Shown here: piece after piece, positions 25,818-42,521 of the stretch | How positions within the stretch are numbered: the first letter of the stretch is position 1 | Layout: every line of letters starts with the position of its first letter | From: Psilocybe cubensis | Lineage: Eukaryota | Length of the DNA stretch: 64,000 nucleotides | NCBI GenBank assembly: GCA_017499595.2 | Contig: CM039008.1 | Location: forward strand, 2,480,001 to 2,544,000 | Direction of reading: 5' to 3' | The notes under the pieces: generated by a model | What the model was told of the DNA's origin: nothing | Databases searched by the model: none | The model's input: the letters and a program-made list of their open reading frames with translations, nothing else | Program-made: the position numbers and the translations under genes

Positions 25818-27281
25818 ATGGGTGCATCTGAATCAAAGCCGTCTTCCAACTCTCAATCTACTTTGCCAGAAAGCTACGATGGATTAAACTTCTACGAGAT
25901 TCTCTGCGTCCCAGTGGATACGACAAACGAGGACATAAGAGTAAGTTAGCACTACAGTTTTGCTTGATCAAATTTTTAGAAAGTTCATTTTGTGTACTTC
26001 TAGCGAGCATACTACAAACGCGCCAAGTCAACGCATCCTGACAAGGATTCCACACCGGGCGCCAAAGAGCGTTTTCAGAAACTGAATGAAGCCTACGAGG
26101 TTTGTAACGCATCCTTTTATGACAACTGTCCTTCGTCCTCACCATATACAATACAGACGTTATCAAATCCGGAGGTACGACCATATATCATCCGTGGTAT
26201 TTTGACGGTGCCTAAATACTGGGACATTAATAGAAGAGAGCAGTATACGATTTGGAGCAAGAAAATGAGATGGAAGAAAAAACAAAGACAGAGTTTGGAG
26301 AATTCGGTTCTAGCTCAGCTATGCCAGGAGAATGGGAAGCTTCTGAGCTCCCGACCGGTACTCAGACACCAGGCTGGTTTGAATGGCTGTTTCTTGGGAG
26401 ATCAACATCGTTCAGCGAACCTTTTGCTCGCTATAATCCAGAGAGGTATGCAAATTATCATAAGCATCTTCCTCTCTCCCGAGGGATCTCTGCAAAAGAT
26501 ATCGCAGAACACTTCAACTTCTGCATACATAACGCGATGTGGAAAGAGAACGGGAAGGATCTGGTAAGTATTTAAACAGTTCTTGAACTTTTACATTTAT
26601 GTTTATCATATTTTTCTTTATAGAACTTATGTACGGTGTTGCGAAACTTTTTCGAGTGCATAGCATATGACGAAAAGAGATGCGGATACAATCAACCAAT
26701 TCCGGGCTTTGGTCGCATCAATTCGTTTTGGTGTCCAGACGACGGGTATGGCCAGGACTACGCTCAAGATTTCTACATGTTCTGGCTCAACTTCGACCCG
26801 TTGAAAACATTTGAATGGGTACATTCATGTTTCACGTATTCAAACGACCCTGTTATACTTAGATATGTCATACAATTTTCTATACATAACCTTCATGTTC
26901 AAAGTTTCGCTCTCTGCTTCTAGGAAATTAGAACAAGAGAATGAAAAAGTGTGTAGGGTGATGAAATCCCAGTACAATGAAATTATTCGGGTATGCTTGG
27001 AACTGTTTCCCTTAACGAGCATTTCCTAATTATCTTTTAAGGCGGCTGTTGAACTGATGCTAGCTGGAGACCCTCGGGTGGCGACTCACATTGTCATGAA
27101 CCATTTCAAGGGCCTACCTCAGATTTCTATGGATGAATTTTGTCGCCGGTTTATCAAACAAATTAGACAGAAGCGCAAAGTAACCAGAGAAGATGGCCCT
27201 GCCCAAACTAGAGGACCATCGAAAAATCAACGCAAGAAGCAGAAGCAGCGCAACAAAGCAAAGAACAAAAATTCTTGGTAG
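25818..27281 (+). CDS. J-domain (DnaJ/Hsp40) protein, Jjj1/DNAJC21-like but lacking zinc fingers
   Basis: Spliced NFYEILCV...RAYYKRAKSTHPDK...FQKLNEAYETLSNPEKRAVYD (HPD intact); FYMFWLNF..KTFEW...RKLEQENEK...YNEIIR...DPRV block; MGASES start. Confidence 0.8.
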
Positions 27282-27684
27282 TGAAAAACCCTACAAAGTA
27301 TTACCAATTATTATTGTTACCAGTTCCCTAATATCTGTTTTCTTGTATCGATTGGATCGTTGAGTTTATTCACAAATTGTCCATAGGTAGAATCTCTAGT
27401 GGTCTGTACATGCAAAAAATGTGAGAGTGTTTGGAGAGGTTTGGAGCTACAGTAATCTATTATGATTATGACGCAAGGGAAGCAAATGCGTCTTGGCGAC
27501 TGTTCTCTTGGTATGATACAATCTGAGTGAAGACCCAATAGGATTTTAGCCAAGAATGTGTATGTGCCCAAGGAGACAGGCTCAAAATGCCCGACGACTG
27601 AGCTAGTCTCTGCAAGTTCTTTTGTACAAGCCACTACCTCCGACATTGAAGCTTGAAGGGCGGGTGACGATACCTCAGTCAGAA

Positions 27685-28528
27685 ATGATGCCCCACACTC
27701 GTTTTATGCCATTAGTTTATTTCATCTTACTGTCTGGTGAGGAGCTATCCAGGCCTTTTATCCCCTGTGATCCTACCATTTCATATATTCTTAAACTGAA
27801 TTGTCTTCCATAGCATATACCAACGTTGCTGCAGAGCCAGCTACACTCTTCCATGTCACCACTGCGACACCGACGACAAGCTCACTTCCATACAGCCTCA
27901 TCCAATCCGGCACGACAATTGTGCGCCCAATCGGCACAGGAACCGATGGAAAAACGACGTATGTACAGGAAAACGTCGTGAGCTTGGTTGTCGCACAATT
28001 TCCCGCTGCCAACGGCGCGCAGCCATCACAATCGACGCTCCTAAGCACTCCCCTCACACTGCAAGGTATGTTTCTCTCTATCCCTCAATATAGAACTCTC
28101 AGACTCTTATCATTCCGACCCCGACGCAACACTGTGCTTCGACAGCAACTTTTGCGGAAGATAAGAATGGATACCACGCAACGCGTTCGCTCTCACTCCC
28201 GTCCCCCGAAGGCACCGGTTCATACGAGCCAGGTCTCGATGAAAAATGCGTATTCAACTCTGATGGCACTGGATCATGTGTACGGATTGATATCACCCTG
28301 GACCAGCAAGGAAGCACTAGGCGAACGACGACGACCTACAGCGGCCAGCTGCAAGCTTGGCACACCGTCGGCGAGACTGGCGGGACGACACCTAGTGTCA
28401 CGGGCAATTCGGCAAAAAGAGGGGGACTAGCGATAGATGGTGGTGCGCTAGGCATGATTGCGATGACAATGAGCGTATTCGTTTCAGTCTTGAGCGGCCT
28501 TGGAGTTCTTGGCTTCGGAATCTGGTAA
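27685..28528 (+). CDS. Secreted, probably GPI-anchored, Thr-rich cell-surface protein, 3 exons
   Basis: Hydrophobic N-terminus (MPLVYFILLSAYTNVAA after splicing), PIGTGTDGKTTYV, CVFNSDGTGSC, C-terminal GNSA followed by a hydrophobic tail ending GFGIW*. Confidence 0.7.
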
Positions 28529-28732
28529 TTCTGAGGAGTTTAATTTATTATATGTATTCGTCGGAAACATATTGTATTGTCATCTAGAATATCCTTCATT
28601 TGGCTTGAGAACATTTGGAATCGTAAAAGGTATGGACATACCCAAAAATTGATGCTATAAAGATGGTACGAACATTAAAAGACAAAAACAAATGACAAGT
28701 AAATCACAAATGAAATGAGTACAGCCTAGCCG

Positions 28733-31700
28733 TCAATTGCCCACTACGCGTGATAATTCATAGAATCTGTTCTCTAGACTCTCGATATCTTCCATGATTG
28801 TAGCATGCCTCCTCTCCAGTTCGTCGTACCATTCCTTAGAAGATTGCTCAGCCATGTTATACCCCCTGTTTGTCGTCCCAACGGAATGCCGTCTGCGGTG
28901 AGTCTGGGTCTGGGGTGGCATTCGATCTAGAGATTTATCATCTTCCTCGAGGAAAGAAACAGGCCTAGTTGAATCCGTGTCACATCCACTAGAGTTAACC
29001 TGCTTCTTCGTGCCTACTGAATGCCTACGACGATGTGTCTGAGCTGGAGGTCTTGGTAGCAATAAGGGAGGAAAACTAGACTTGTTATCAAGTGATACTT
29101 GTGGGTCACTATCTTGTGCCTGCGCCTTCGTGACCTCAGGTCGGGAAAATGTCCGTTCCACAATCTTCATGGGTTCGCCAAGAGGCATGTTCATTGGCGA
29201 GACTTGAGCCAATGGCGGCGGCGGCTTGCCAATTTTAAAGTCCAAATTGATGGCGCCAGTAGAAGGAATGCTAAGCAGACCGCTGGATGTGGTGGTAGTC
29301 GTGGCCGTGACACTGCGATCCGCTAGAGGAACCAAATTTGAACCAGACATAGAGCGCTTCCGGCTTAGCATGCCCGTTGAGCTGAAACAGCCACTGACAG
29401 TCGGAGTAGCACTTCGTCTCGACATTGACATCATTGACATGGCTGACCCTGGTCGAGGACTCGGACTAGGGCTAGGTGGGCCTCCACCTTCTGAATCCGA
29501 CGTCTCTGAAGATACATACTGATCTGTATCTTCATTGTAAATTTGCTGAGGTGGGTATGGGTAGGAGACATCGGAGGCGTCGTGGTGCTCATCGATAATG
29601 AATTTTAGCTCTGGGATGACTGCTGAACGTCCTATCGAGCTTACACCACTGTAATCAGGCCGCGGGATTGGGGTCGTGAATCGATCAAACCGAAGCTCCT
29701 TCCTCGTTCCGTCTGTTCCCTTACTCATAGTTCCCGTCATAGACCCGGATCGACGTCGCCCCGAGTTGGCGCCCTTGCTTCCGAATATGTTCAAAACTTT
29801 CGGCTTTCTCCCACTCTCCAAAACCTTTTTCCGCGCACTCATCCCGACACAGTCGACGAGCTGTTTCATAGCTTCGCGATCCGAAACGTTCCGCCGGGGT
29901 GCTGTCCGACGAATTGTACTCGTGCGTGGGAGGGTAGCATAAGGTGAAACTGCGTAAGCCTTCACAGGCGTACTGAATGCATGGAAGGGACCAGGGGTGG
30001 AAAATGTACCAGGGCCCCAGGTTGGGGGAACTGAAAGTGTGTTATGCGTGTGATTGAAGGGTCCGGGTGTTTGATGTACTTGCTGTGGGCGAAGAGGGGT
30101 ACGTATGAGAGGTCTTGGTGTTGGCTGTGTTTCTGAACTTTGACTGGTATACAAAACCGACGTCGCCGCTGGAGTTTCGTCAGGGAAGGCATCTCGGTTT
30201 GGACCCCATGAAAATCCAATAAAACTGGTCGCAGAATTTGAGGCACCCTCCGTAGATACCGCCAGAGGAGTGTTAAGGTGCTTGGATGTTGAACCTGGAC
30301 TGGGTCTCAAGACCGACAGTCCTGGTGATATATTGGAGGATGGCTGAAAAAAGGCTGAAAAAGCAAATCCTTGTGAGAGAGACGCCGATTCTTCATATGG
30401 TTCATTCATTGGTATCTCATCAGGTTGCGCAGGTTGCTCAGGTGAGGCGTAAGTAAACTGAGGAAGATGTAAGTCAGCTGGTGCTGGAACTGCAGAACAG
30501 TCAATACAGTATGATAACATATGAATGACATGGATATACCGGTCGAAAGAGTGGTCCAATTAACTCCGTTAAATAACGGATGATCTGTTATTTCCATCAC
30601 ATTTCGACGACCTAGACGTTGTTTTGCATGTGTCAGTAACCTGAAGATTAAGTGTCAGTGGGTGGCCGACAATACACATGGACTATTCTGACCGCCGCAA
30701 AAAATGTTGATATTCATGTGAGACGTCCACCTTTTGGTCGAATCGTAGGCTTTTCTAAAAATGATACAATGAATGAACAATGGTATAAAAAATACAGAAA
30801 ACTTACCTCATGGTTCATTATCCTAGTGTATGTCTGCCTAATGTCATTGGCGAAAAATGGTGCAACCCCGTAAACCATTTCATATAGCATGACACCCAAG
30901 CTCCACCAATCGGTCTCAAGACCATAGCCTTCTGTTTCCTTTGTTTCTCCAAACTTAATGGGTTCATCTTCATCTTCCATCTCAAGAGCTAAAAGAGCCT
31001 CCTCGTGTGCCTGCAAAATTTCGGGAGATATGTAATCACATGTTCCGCAGGGAACGAGGCAATAGCGCTTGGCGATGAGTTGACTGCCGTCCGGATTTGG
31101 AGGAAGAAGAGGAGCAGAAGAGCCGAAATCGATGAGCTGGAGATGTGCATCTGGCGTCAAAACGAAGTTGTGAGGTTTGATGTCTCTGAAAAGAATGTTA
31201 AATGAGAAAAAATAGACATCTACAGGGCATACCTATGCACGAAGCCTTGAAGATGGCACCAGTGGATGGCACTGACAATCTGTGGGATCCACCACATCAT
31301 ATCGGACTCAAGGATCCGCCCATCGTGAGGACTTGATTCGAGAACATCCCAGAGAGTACCGCCTTCAGCATAATCCATGACCAGGCTGAGATGAGTGGGC
31401 GTTTGAAATGCACATAAAAGATGTGGCACCCATGGTGTATCGGTTTTCAACGCTTGAAGAAGGATATCTCGCTCGAATTGGGGAGAGCATTGCTACATTA
31501 TAAGCTTCAGACCGATTTTTCGTGGTGAATTAGATGAGATACAAACATCTCTAGTCCGCAATGCAAATTTCTTTTGGATCGATTTGCGTACGTAGACGCA
31601 ATTGTCTAATTTGCATGTAACAACATCGATCTGAATGCGAGAGGAAGTGAATAAAAAAAAAGCAAAACCCACTATCGAACGTACCACGCCGAACTGACCA

Positions 31701-31951
31701 TATTCCAAGGTTCCAACAACATCAAGGTCTCTATCTTTGAATCGCAGAGCATCGACCTCTGTTGTCTTCGCTGATTTTATGCATTAGGGACAAGGTTGAC
31801 AGTAGTATCCTTCACACTGACCTGTCTTCCCAATTACATTCTGACCATGCATGAGGCGATCAAGTGCTAGTCCTTCTGCATCTTCGTCTCCTCCGTCGGT
31901 TTTGAGCAGCGACGCCAACCGATTTTTCCGCTGGTGCCATGAGAGAGACAT
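28733..31951 (-). CDS. AGC-group Ser/Thr protein kinase (DMPK/ROCK-like) with ~600-aa disordered tail
   Basis: EYGQFG loop, [57 protein letters not shown]. Confidence 0.9.
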
Positions 31952-32175
31952 GCATCAGGCCTTTTGTCGATGTAGGAGTATCGTCAAAAGGCTTGGGCGG
32001 CCAAAATGTAGCCTTCAATTCACAAATGCTATCTCGGTGGTGGTTGCCGAATGGTACTTAGGTACCCAGCAGGCAAGTTGAACATGCGTACGTAATAGTG
32101 CGTGAGAGGGTACCTTTCTATAATTAGTGCAAATTAAATCACCTTATAATTTTAAAAAAAGCGGTCGTAGTCACA

Positions 32176-32257
32176 TCGTGTATGGTGTAACGGCTAACAT
32201 TACCGCCTTTCATTGATATGAACGCGGTAGCTCGGGGTTCGATTCCCCGTACGCGAA
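32176..32257 (+). tRNA. tRNA-Glu(TTC) with 10-nt intron (32213-32222)
   Basis: Acceptor stem TCGTGTA/TACGCGA, D-arm GTGT..ACAT, anticodon stem ACCGC/GCGGT with CT-TTC-A then intron at canonical 37/38, T-arm CGGGG-TTCGATT-CCCCG, downstream T-run terminator; 72 nt after splicing. Confidence 0.93.
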
Positions 32258-32420
32258 CTTTTATAATTTTGATTAGTTATGGTTTGTTGATTTTCCTACC
32301 TGCTTTTGGTCGTGCTCTACGAATTATAGGGAGGGAGTGTAGTTGAAGACTCAAGTTCAAAAAAAGGTCCTGTGACATCTAACCATATTCTTTTTGGCCT
32401 GCTTTTAAACAGACAAGCCA

Positions 32421-33646
32421 TTAACTATCGAAATTAACCGCTCGGGTAACATCCGACCACTCATCAAGGACAGTCAACCAACGCCGACACTTGTTCCTGA
32501 CATCTGCTTCAGCATCCTCTCCCAGAATCAAATAATTAGGCCACGGGCGATCTTTAGCGCGACCCTCTCCCGTTACAACTTCGATGATAGCTTTTACAGC
32601 CTTGTCAGGATCTCCTTTCTCTGTCCCTCCGACAGATTCGAATCTAGTTTTACTAATTCCGCGAAGCTTGTCGTAAGCCGGGATGGGGTTATCAGTGTAA
32701 TATGAATGTCCGTAGATCCCCTCTGTTCGAAATGAACCTGGAGCAACAAGCAATACCTTTATGTTGAATTGGGCAAGTTCGGACATAAATGCTTCAGTGA
32801 TGGCTAAAGAAAATAAATCAGTGAGAATTTTTAGGAGGTTTGGGAATAAAGAGCGCTACCGTGAATAGCTGCCTTAGATGCAGCATAAAATCCTGCGATC
32901 AGAACAGTAAGTATGCTGCAGATTGGTGATACGTGTGATAAATACCGAGACCCTAGGCAAAAAGATTTAAAAAACCGTCAAAGCACAATAGTATGATTAC
33001 CTACCGGTAGCTCAGCTTTCCATGCAGACCGACTTCCAATAACCACCACGCAACCATTACTTTCCCTCAAATACGGTAGGGTGGCGGTAGTAACGTCTAG
33101 TGTTCCAAAAACGTTGGTTTCAAATTGGCGACGCAATATTTTTGTCCTATGCAAATCAATCTTATTAGCCATCGAGAAGGACAATTACGCAGAAATAGAC
33201 CTACCCTCCTTCTTCCACCATTCCGGGGACCCCAAACCCTATTAATAAGATAAGAGACATGGAAGAGTTTTTAGCGTAGCGTTGTGCACACCTGCGTTAT
33301 TTACGAGCACATCAATCCGCTTCCAAAAGGTGATGGCCTGATCAATCTTTGTTTTAATCTTCTCTTCTCCGTCTGTTACATCAAGTTGCAATGTCCGCAA
33401 ACGTTCCATGTATTGTGAATCCAGCTCTGAGATGACGCTCTCTAGCTTATCTAAAGACCGCGCTGTAGCGATAACGAGATCTCCTCGAGCGAGGATCGAA
33501 GTCACCAAACGCTTTCCAAATCCTGAAGAAGCACCTGTATGTATTTCTAACGTTCAGCAATCTTCAATTGGGTAGAGTCATGAAGGAGAAATCTTACCTG
33601 TAATTAACCATACTTTGCGATTATCTTCTAACGACGATTGTGCCAT
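32421..33646 (-). CDS. Classical short-chain dehydrogenase/reductase
   Basis: VWLITGASSGFG, LQLDVT, IDVLVNNAG, FETNVFG, YAASK catalytic motif, PGSFRT, GDPDKA. Confidence 0.92.
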
Positions 33647-34453
33647 GAGAACAAATTATGGACAGCGAACACAAAAAGGAAAGAATGCTGCCGACTTCAG
33701 ATAGGATAGGATACCAGTAGAATTCAGTGATCTAGGTGGAAACGGGAAACCAGTTTGATAGGGACTGATTGACCTCTGAATATATACAGGTTGTCCCTGG
33801 ATCGTTATTAGTAATGTATGCAGTGAAAGCGGCTAGACTCAAAAGGTGACGCGGTGACGGTTCAATGAGTTGACGACTTTGATTCGGCAATGAGTCTGAC
33901 GTATGTAGCCTTCTTTTTCCTGCCAATCCCTGCCAACCTGAATCTCGGGTTACTATTTGCCGGTACTTGCCGGTCGACCCTGGCATTGACAAGCGCCTGT
34001 GGATTGAGTGCATTTCGTTTGTTCCTCAATTACCTTCGACGTATTGAGGTGGCCAATCAATATGAGTTCGCCAAAGCTATTCGAGAAACACAGGTTGTCA
34101 ATGAACACTTCGTGTGAAGATAGATTTAGTGAGCAAAGATCGACCTTCGGGTCATCCATGGCCCATTGCTGAAAATTAAATGGGTTTATTTATAGGGTCC
34201 AATACCGAATACACCGATACCACTCATCTGTGGTGTCCGCCCATGTAATGAGCGCAGTTCGTTGTTCCTAATGTTCTCATGATCGGACACTCAGTCCACA
34301 AGTGCGAAGGTGTCGATCAAATTTTTTTCACACGTACTATGTAACTTCAAAACATATCCGCGAGGGTTTGTGCGGTGTCAGACCATTGTGCTTTTCAAAT
34401 AGTTTACATTGTAATAATTCGGCATTCTCAAGTTGCGAACAAGAGATCTTAAC

Positions 34454-37252
<2,799 letters not shown>

Positions 37253-37588
37253 TGTGAGGCAGACAGACTGGGTAGAAAATTTGTAAATGTTGGTGATTTA
37301 TAGCAAATTTAAGGACGATGAGTTATATTTACATTCACCATTGACGATGACGAGGCAAAAGTCAAGACACCCCTGGCAGGTGACTGGACACATCTTTTCC
37401 GGGCCGTGTTTGCACCATAAGAACCACAGAAGACCTTTCAAACGAAGTTCAGAAGTAGGGCGAACCTTATGACAATGAATGTTGGAAATCGCATTATCTC
37501 CTCACAATACACCATTATTATCTGGAAGACATAAGCTCCATAGAAAAACAAAGTGGATAAATATGAGGACATACTCTACTCAAATCCT

Positions 37589-39316
37589 TCAAGCGAGACT
37601 ATGTAGCATATTGAGAGCTTGTTCTTGATTTTCATAAGGGATATCCTCGCGAGTCCAGCGCAGTCCTTCCTCGTAGCGTTGGAAAGCAGTTTCCAGGATA
37701 TCATCGTGGGAGTCTTCAAGCCCAGGGGCGATAAGATCACACAACTCTCCGGTGAGTCTTGATAGTGTCATGGCTCGGTTACCCCTAGGACAGGATACTA
37801 TATCATAGATTTCGGACACTTGATGAATATTATTTCTTGTGCATTTCGGATCGGCGATTAAGCTCGCCAAGATGAACGCGTCCTTAATCGCTATTTGGTT
37901 TATTGTCATAAGAAAAAGAAGGAATCTATTACCAACCTCTATTGCTTGACCTGCACCAGCGCCCTGATGTGGAGTCATGGCGTGTGCCTATAGAGAGATT
38001 CACACATTGATTAACTTATAAATTGTATTCGTTCGTCATCACTTACTGCGTCGCCCGCAATTGCTACTCTGCCGAAAGAATAGTGATTCAAAGGCACCAG
38101 GTCTCGTACAATCCATTTTGTTACACTTGAAACACACTGTATGGGAAATGAATTATAAGAACAACTTCTGTAGGGCTTTTACAAAAAAAGGAAACCACCT
38201 GCAGTATGGTTTGTACTTCTTCTTCCCACTCTCGGTAGACAGATAATAGTTCTGCTGGTGTAGAAGGGAGCGCCGTCGCGCCGTTGTAGGTAGTTCCTAT
38301 TTTGGAAACATCAGTGTCGTATGCAACAATGTTGAGAATTCTGTCTTGGGATATTGGATAAGTGACAATGTGCTATCCCACAGTCAGCTTCAGAATATGC
38401 TTAAGGACTAAATATTTGAGCGCACCTTTGATTTTCCGGAATACTGTATGAAAATAAGACTTGAGCGAAAGGGATGCAGTAATCAGTATAAAGTCTTATT
38501 ACCAACATCGGAACACTCAGTGCGTTATGGTCTGGAGACACTTCTTTTAATTTGTCCATCTGTATGAGCGCACGATAAGCAATGCTTCCTGACCAGACCG
38601 GGTTCAAAGAGGGCAAATCGATGCCACCACGATTGTGAACGAGGCCTTTCCGCACAACAGAATTGATTCCATCGAATCCAATGAGAAAATCGCACGTCGC
38701 TATGGTACCATTTGCGAATTTGAGTAAGACCTCATCGCCTTTATCTTCATACGAAGTAAGTGTATGAGATAGGTGCAATTGACCGTACATGGACTCCTTC
38801 AGAACGTGCTGTAGATCAGCTCTGTGAAAGCGCATAGCCCCCCCTGACGATTTCGATATCAGTACACCATACTCACACTAGACAAAGTGACCCCAACCAT
38901 TCTGTAATATATCGCGCACATGGAAACCTTGAGCTTGGTCTGACTTTCGGACTCGCATTATGCAACCTATTTGTGATTTGTATTGAAGGCAAAGACTATA
39001 AAATTGAGAACATACTCACTAGGGGAATCATTAGGGGGAGCGGGAAGGAAGGAAAGCAAGCGTTCTTGGAGGCCCATCGCTTTCGCAACTACCCACGTTC
39101 GGGGCCATATGCTAATTCCTGCGCCAATATCCGAAATACAGGGTGCATTTTCGTAGATGTCGATTTGCAAATCGTCCCTCTGGCTCATAAATCCCAATGC
39201 TGCAGAGAGAGAAAGGCCACCAATACCTGCCCCACTTTGCAAATATTGATCATTTGATCACTCGGTATGAAAAACAACCAGACGCACATTATAGCTATTC
39301 GTAGTCCAGTGGACAT
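37589..39316 (-). CDS. FAD-dependent monooxygenase, salicylate-hydroxylase-like (copy 1)
   Basis: IAIIGAGIGGL, IGAGISIWP, FHRADL, DFLIGFDGINS, AGDAAHAMTPHQGAGAGQAIEDA. Confidence 0.9.
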
Positions 39317-40014
39317 CCTTGTTTCGTTGCTGGGTCAAACGGGAAGTGTAATAACAACAAGGGGCGCTTGCAAACTTTGTTCCGTCAAGGCTTTTAAAGG
39401 CCATGCCGCGCTAGTCGTACCGTAATATCAAGCCACGCCACTTCTAGACACTATTTTCGTGTTAGTAACGTACGTCAGATTCACGTATATCGGCCTTTTC
39501 AGTGCGGATTGGATGAATCGTGTAGAAAATGGGAATGCTTTCATGTTCCATTTTCACCGTTGTGTTAGAAGACGGGTCAATATATGCGCAATTGTCCTTC
39601 ATCCGATGTGTTTACTGGGATTACGGGGAATACAATCGTCCGATGTCGAAGACGGAGATGAAAACATGCTGTACGGAATAGAAGATTAATGACCGGTATA
39701 ACACACGCATAGAAAACGAAATGTGAACTTACATTACCAGAACATATGAAATAGAATGGATCCATTTGGAATGATCGAGGTACGCGCAAACTCGGATTCA
39801 CACAATTGGCACGATATCCTCCAATTATTAATTTGAAGACTTTTTTGAATTTAATCTTTGAACAATTTGTTCAGTTATAAATTCACAGATACTATTACGC
39901 ATGGATGTATCGATAATGTCACTCTTCCAATGGTGAGCTGGTAATATCATGTGAGAACAAATGTCACTTCAATGATTGGGACGACGAACATTTACAATAA
40001 ACTCCAAGCAAGAA

Positions 40015-41739
40015 TCAGCTCATCCTTAACATGTCCAAGGCCCGACGTTTATCTTCTTCTGCTGATTCTTTCCACACGAATTCAAGTTCTCTGTCAAACT
40101 GGCGGACTAGGTTAAGGAGTTTCTCGCGAGGCACACTGTTGTCTCCTTCATGGACGTCCTCAAAACCAGGTGCAACCAACTGGCAGAGCTGTCCGCCTAG
40201 ACGGGACCTCTCGGTTAGTCTTTTACCGGCGGGACAACAGATTTCATTAAATATTTCTGCAACCCGTGGTAACATAGCCCGAGTGGAAAGCCTATCTCTC
40301 AATAGACTGGCGAGAATGTAAGCATCCTATGAAAGCGTAAGTGGTTTTATAGCAAATGATGACCCATAGAAAACCTCAACGGCACGCCCTGCTCCCGAAC
40401 CAAGATGCGGGGTCATAGCATGAGCCTACCAATGCTAGGTCAGACAGATACATAAATTGCGAATAGTGGATACCCACCGCATCACCGGCAAGGATCACTC
40501 GTCCTTGGGTGTATCGGTCCATTGGTTTGAGAAAACGTATAACCCATTTTGTGGGTTTTGCGATGCACTGCTAAAACGTCAGAGATTACAAGGCATGGTG
40601 GAAGTTTATAGATGTATGCATACCCGAACCAGTGCCTGAACTTCCGGTTCCCACATGCTGAAAATCGATATGATTTCTTCACGGGAGCAAGGAGTAGTTG
40701 TAGGTCCATGATAATAAGATCCTTCATTCAAAATATCAGTGTCAAATGAGACGAAGTTGATGAATGTATCTCTGGAAATTGGGTACGTGATGATAAGCTT
40801 ATAAAAGATAGGCGTTCATCAACTGTGCTTTGCCCATCCGCCGTAATACTAATTCACCTTCGATTTCCCCAAGTACTACAGTTGTTTATATATCAACAGA
40901 AGGCGACATTAAACAGCAAGTACGAACCATAGTTGCCCCGTTGATAGCGCGATGACCAGGGTACTCTTTCTCGAGACTCTGAACGGGAATAAGGCCTCGA
41001 TAGGCTATGTCTCCCGAGCATACTGGCTCCAGGGATGGCGAATTTGGCATTCCGCACTTGAGCAAAAAGCTCCTCCTGACACTCGATTTGATACCGTCCA
41101 TGCCAACTAGAAGGTCGCAGGTCGTAGTATATCCGTTCTCAAAGCGGACGCGTATCTCGTCATCTGCTTCCTCGTAATCTACAAAACGATGGGAAAGGAA
41201 CAAGTCGCCGCTTGAGTTGTCAAGTAGAACCTTTTGTAGCTCGGCTCTGTGAAACCGAATACCACCACCTGCAGAGTGTTTTAGAAAAAACGGAATTTGA
41301 GTTACGAGGGACAGACCTTTCATTGTCAAATCATCGATGTTAATGCCTTGATCTTGATCGCCCTTCCTAATATTGAAGACAACACCTGTTCAAAGGGTTC
41401 AAGAGTAAGCATTCATTTTGCAGGAGATTGCAGTAAACCTACGGGTAGAGTCATCAGGTTCTTTGGGGAGAATTTGGAGCAGACTTTGGTCCAATCCAAG
41501 GTCTTTGAAGATATTCCAACTGCGAGGCCAAAAGTTAATGCCTGCCCCAATTTCGGATATCTCAGCAGCTGCCTCGTAAACAACGACTTTCATGTCTCCA
41601 TTCTTAACGGATTGCCTCAATGCCGACGACAATGTCAAACCTCCAATTCCTGCTCCACTTCAATGTATAAATCAGTGTAGTTCCATGTTCAAGAAGAGAA
41701 TTCTCACATAATGGCAACGCGAATTGGGCTGTCGGACAT
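40015..41739 (-). CDS. FAD-dependent monooxygenase, salicylate-hydroxylase-like (copy 2, tandem paralogue)
   Basis: VAIIGAGIGGL, IGAGINFWP, FHRAEL, DLLVGMDGIKS, AGDAAHAMTPHLGSGAGRAVEDA; intron positions match copy 1. Confidence 0.9.
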
Positions 41740-42339
41740 TATTTTCAAGCACCTATCATGGCGCAAGTTTGTTTTTATACCTTTCGGCTATCTGTCCGCG
41801 ACTACTTGATCCAGTTGGAATACGTTGGGTCAAATTGTATCATACTCTGTCCTGGGAAATATCAGTGTGAACGTCTGATTCATGTTGAGATTTTGGTGCA
41901 CCTACACATGGGTCCCACTTTTTACCGATAAGATAGAACGCCCTTATTTAATGGCTGACACCATTCGAAAGTCTTGACAAAGAGAAAAAGAGCAATTCTG
42001 CACACAACCTGCTCCTTGTAGGTGGATGTAACTTGCGTTATTATATTTTGCCAATTCTAAGCGCGTGCCGTCTGAGTTTAAACCGAACTGTCTCGGCATT
42101 CCACGTGCTACTTATCGGCAGACGCGCTTCCGGTGTTTACCCCTTTCTTATCGCATTTGCTAACTTGACACCTTACTTGTTAACTCTTGCGATCTACATA
42201 TTTAAGACTCGAAATCTCAAGATAAATATTTGCTTATAATGGTTTTTATTCAGTTTCAGTACACCGGCGAACAGCAAGGTAGAAATCACAGAAATGGGAC
42301 TTCAATGCAGTGTACTGAAGTTATTTATAGGGCATCGCA

Positions 42340-42490
42340 CCGTACGTATTACGGGTACGGCCGTACAGTATACGGTGCAAATACGGGCAAATATAGCTAC
42401 AGTACGTGCCGTATCTTGTCTTCAATGAGTCTGCTACGGTACGGTACGGGTTACATTACGTTGTTACGGCCGTCGTAGACGGTATACGGT
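42340..42490. repeat. Left subterminal TACGG/CCGTA motif array of the hAT element
   Basis: Dense direct and inverted TACGG/CCGTA copies just inside the TIR, typical of hAT transposase-binding subterminal repeats. Confidence 0.8.
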
Positions 42491-42521
42491 AGATACACAA
42501 AATTTAAATCACTATAAGTAA

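Noticed and set aside
33890-34117. 75-aa plus-strand ORF between the SDR and GH1 genes
   Set aside because: No recognisable motif or convincing gene structure; cannot be supported without expression data
42340-42490. Short repeats resembling a CRISPR array or satellite
   Set aside because: Irregular 5-bp motifs without spacers, mirrored at the other end of the element; they are hAT subterminal repeats
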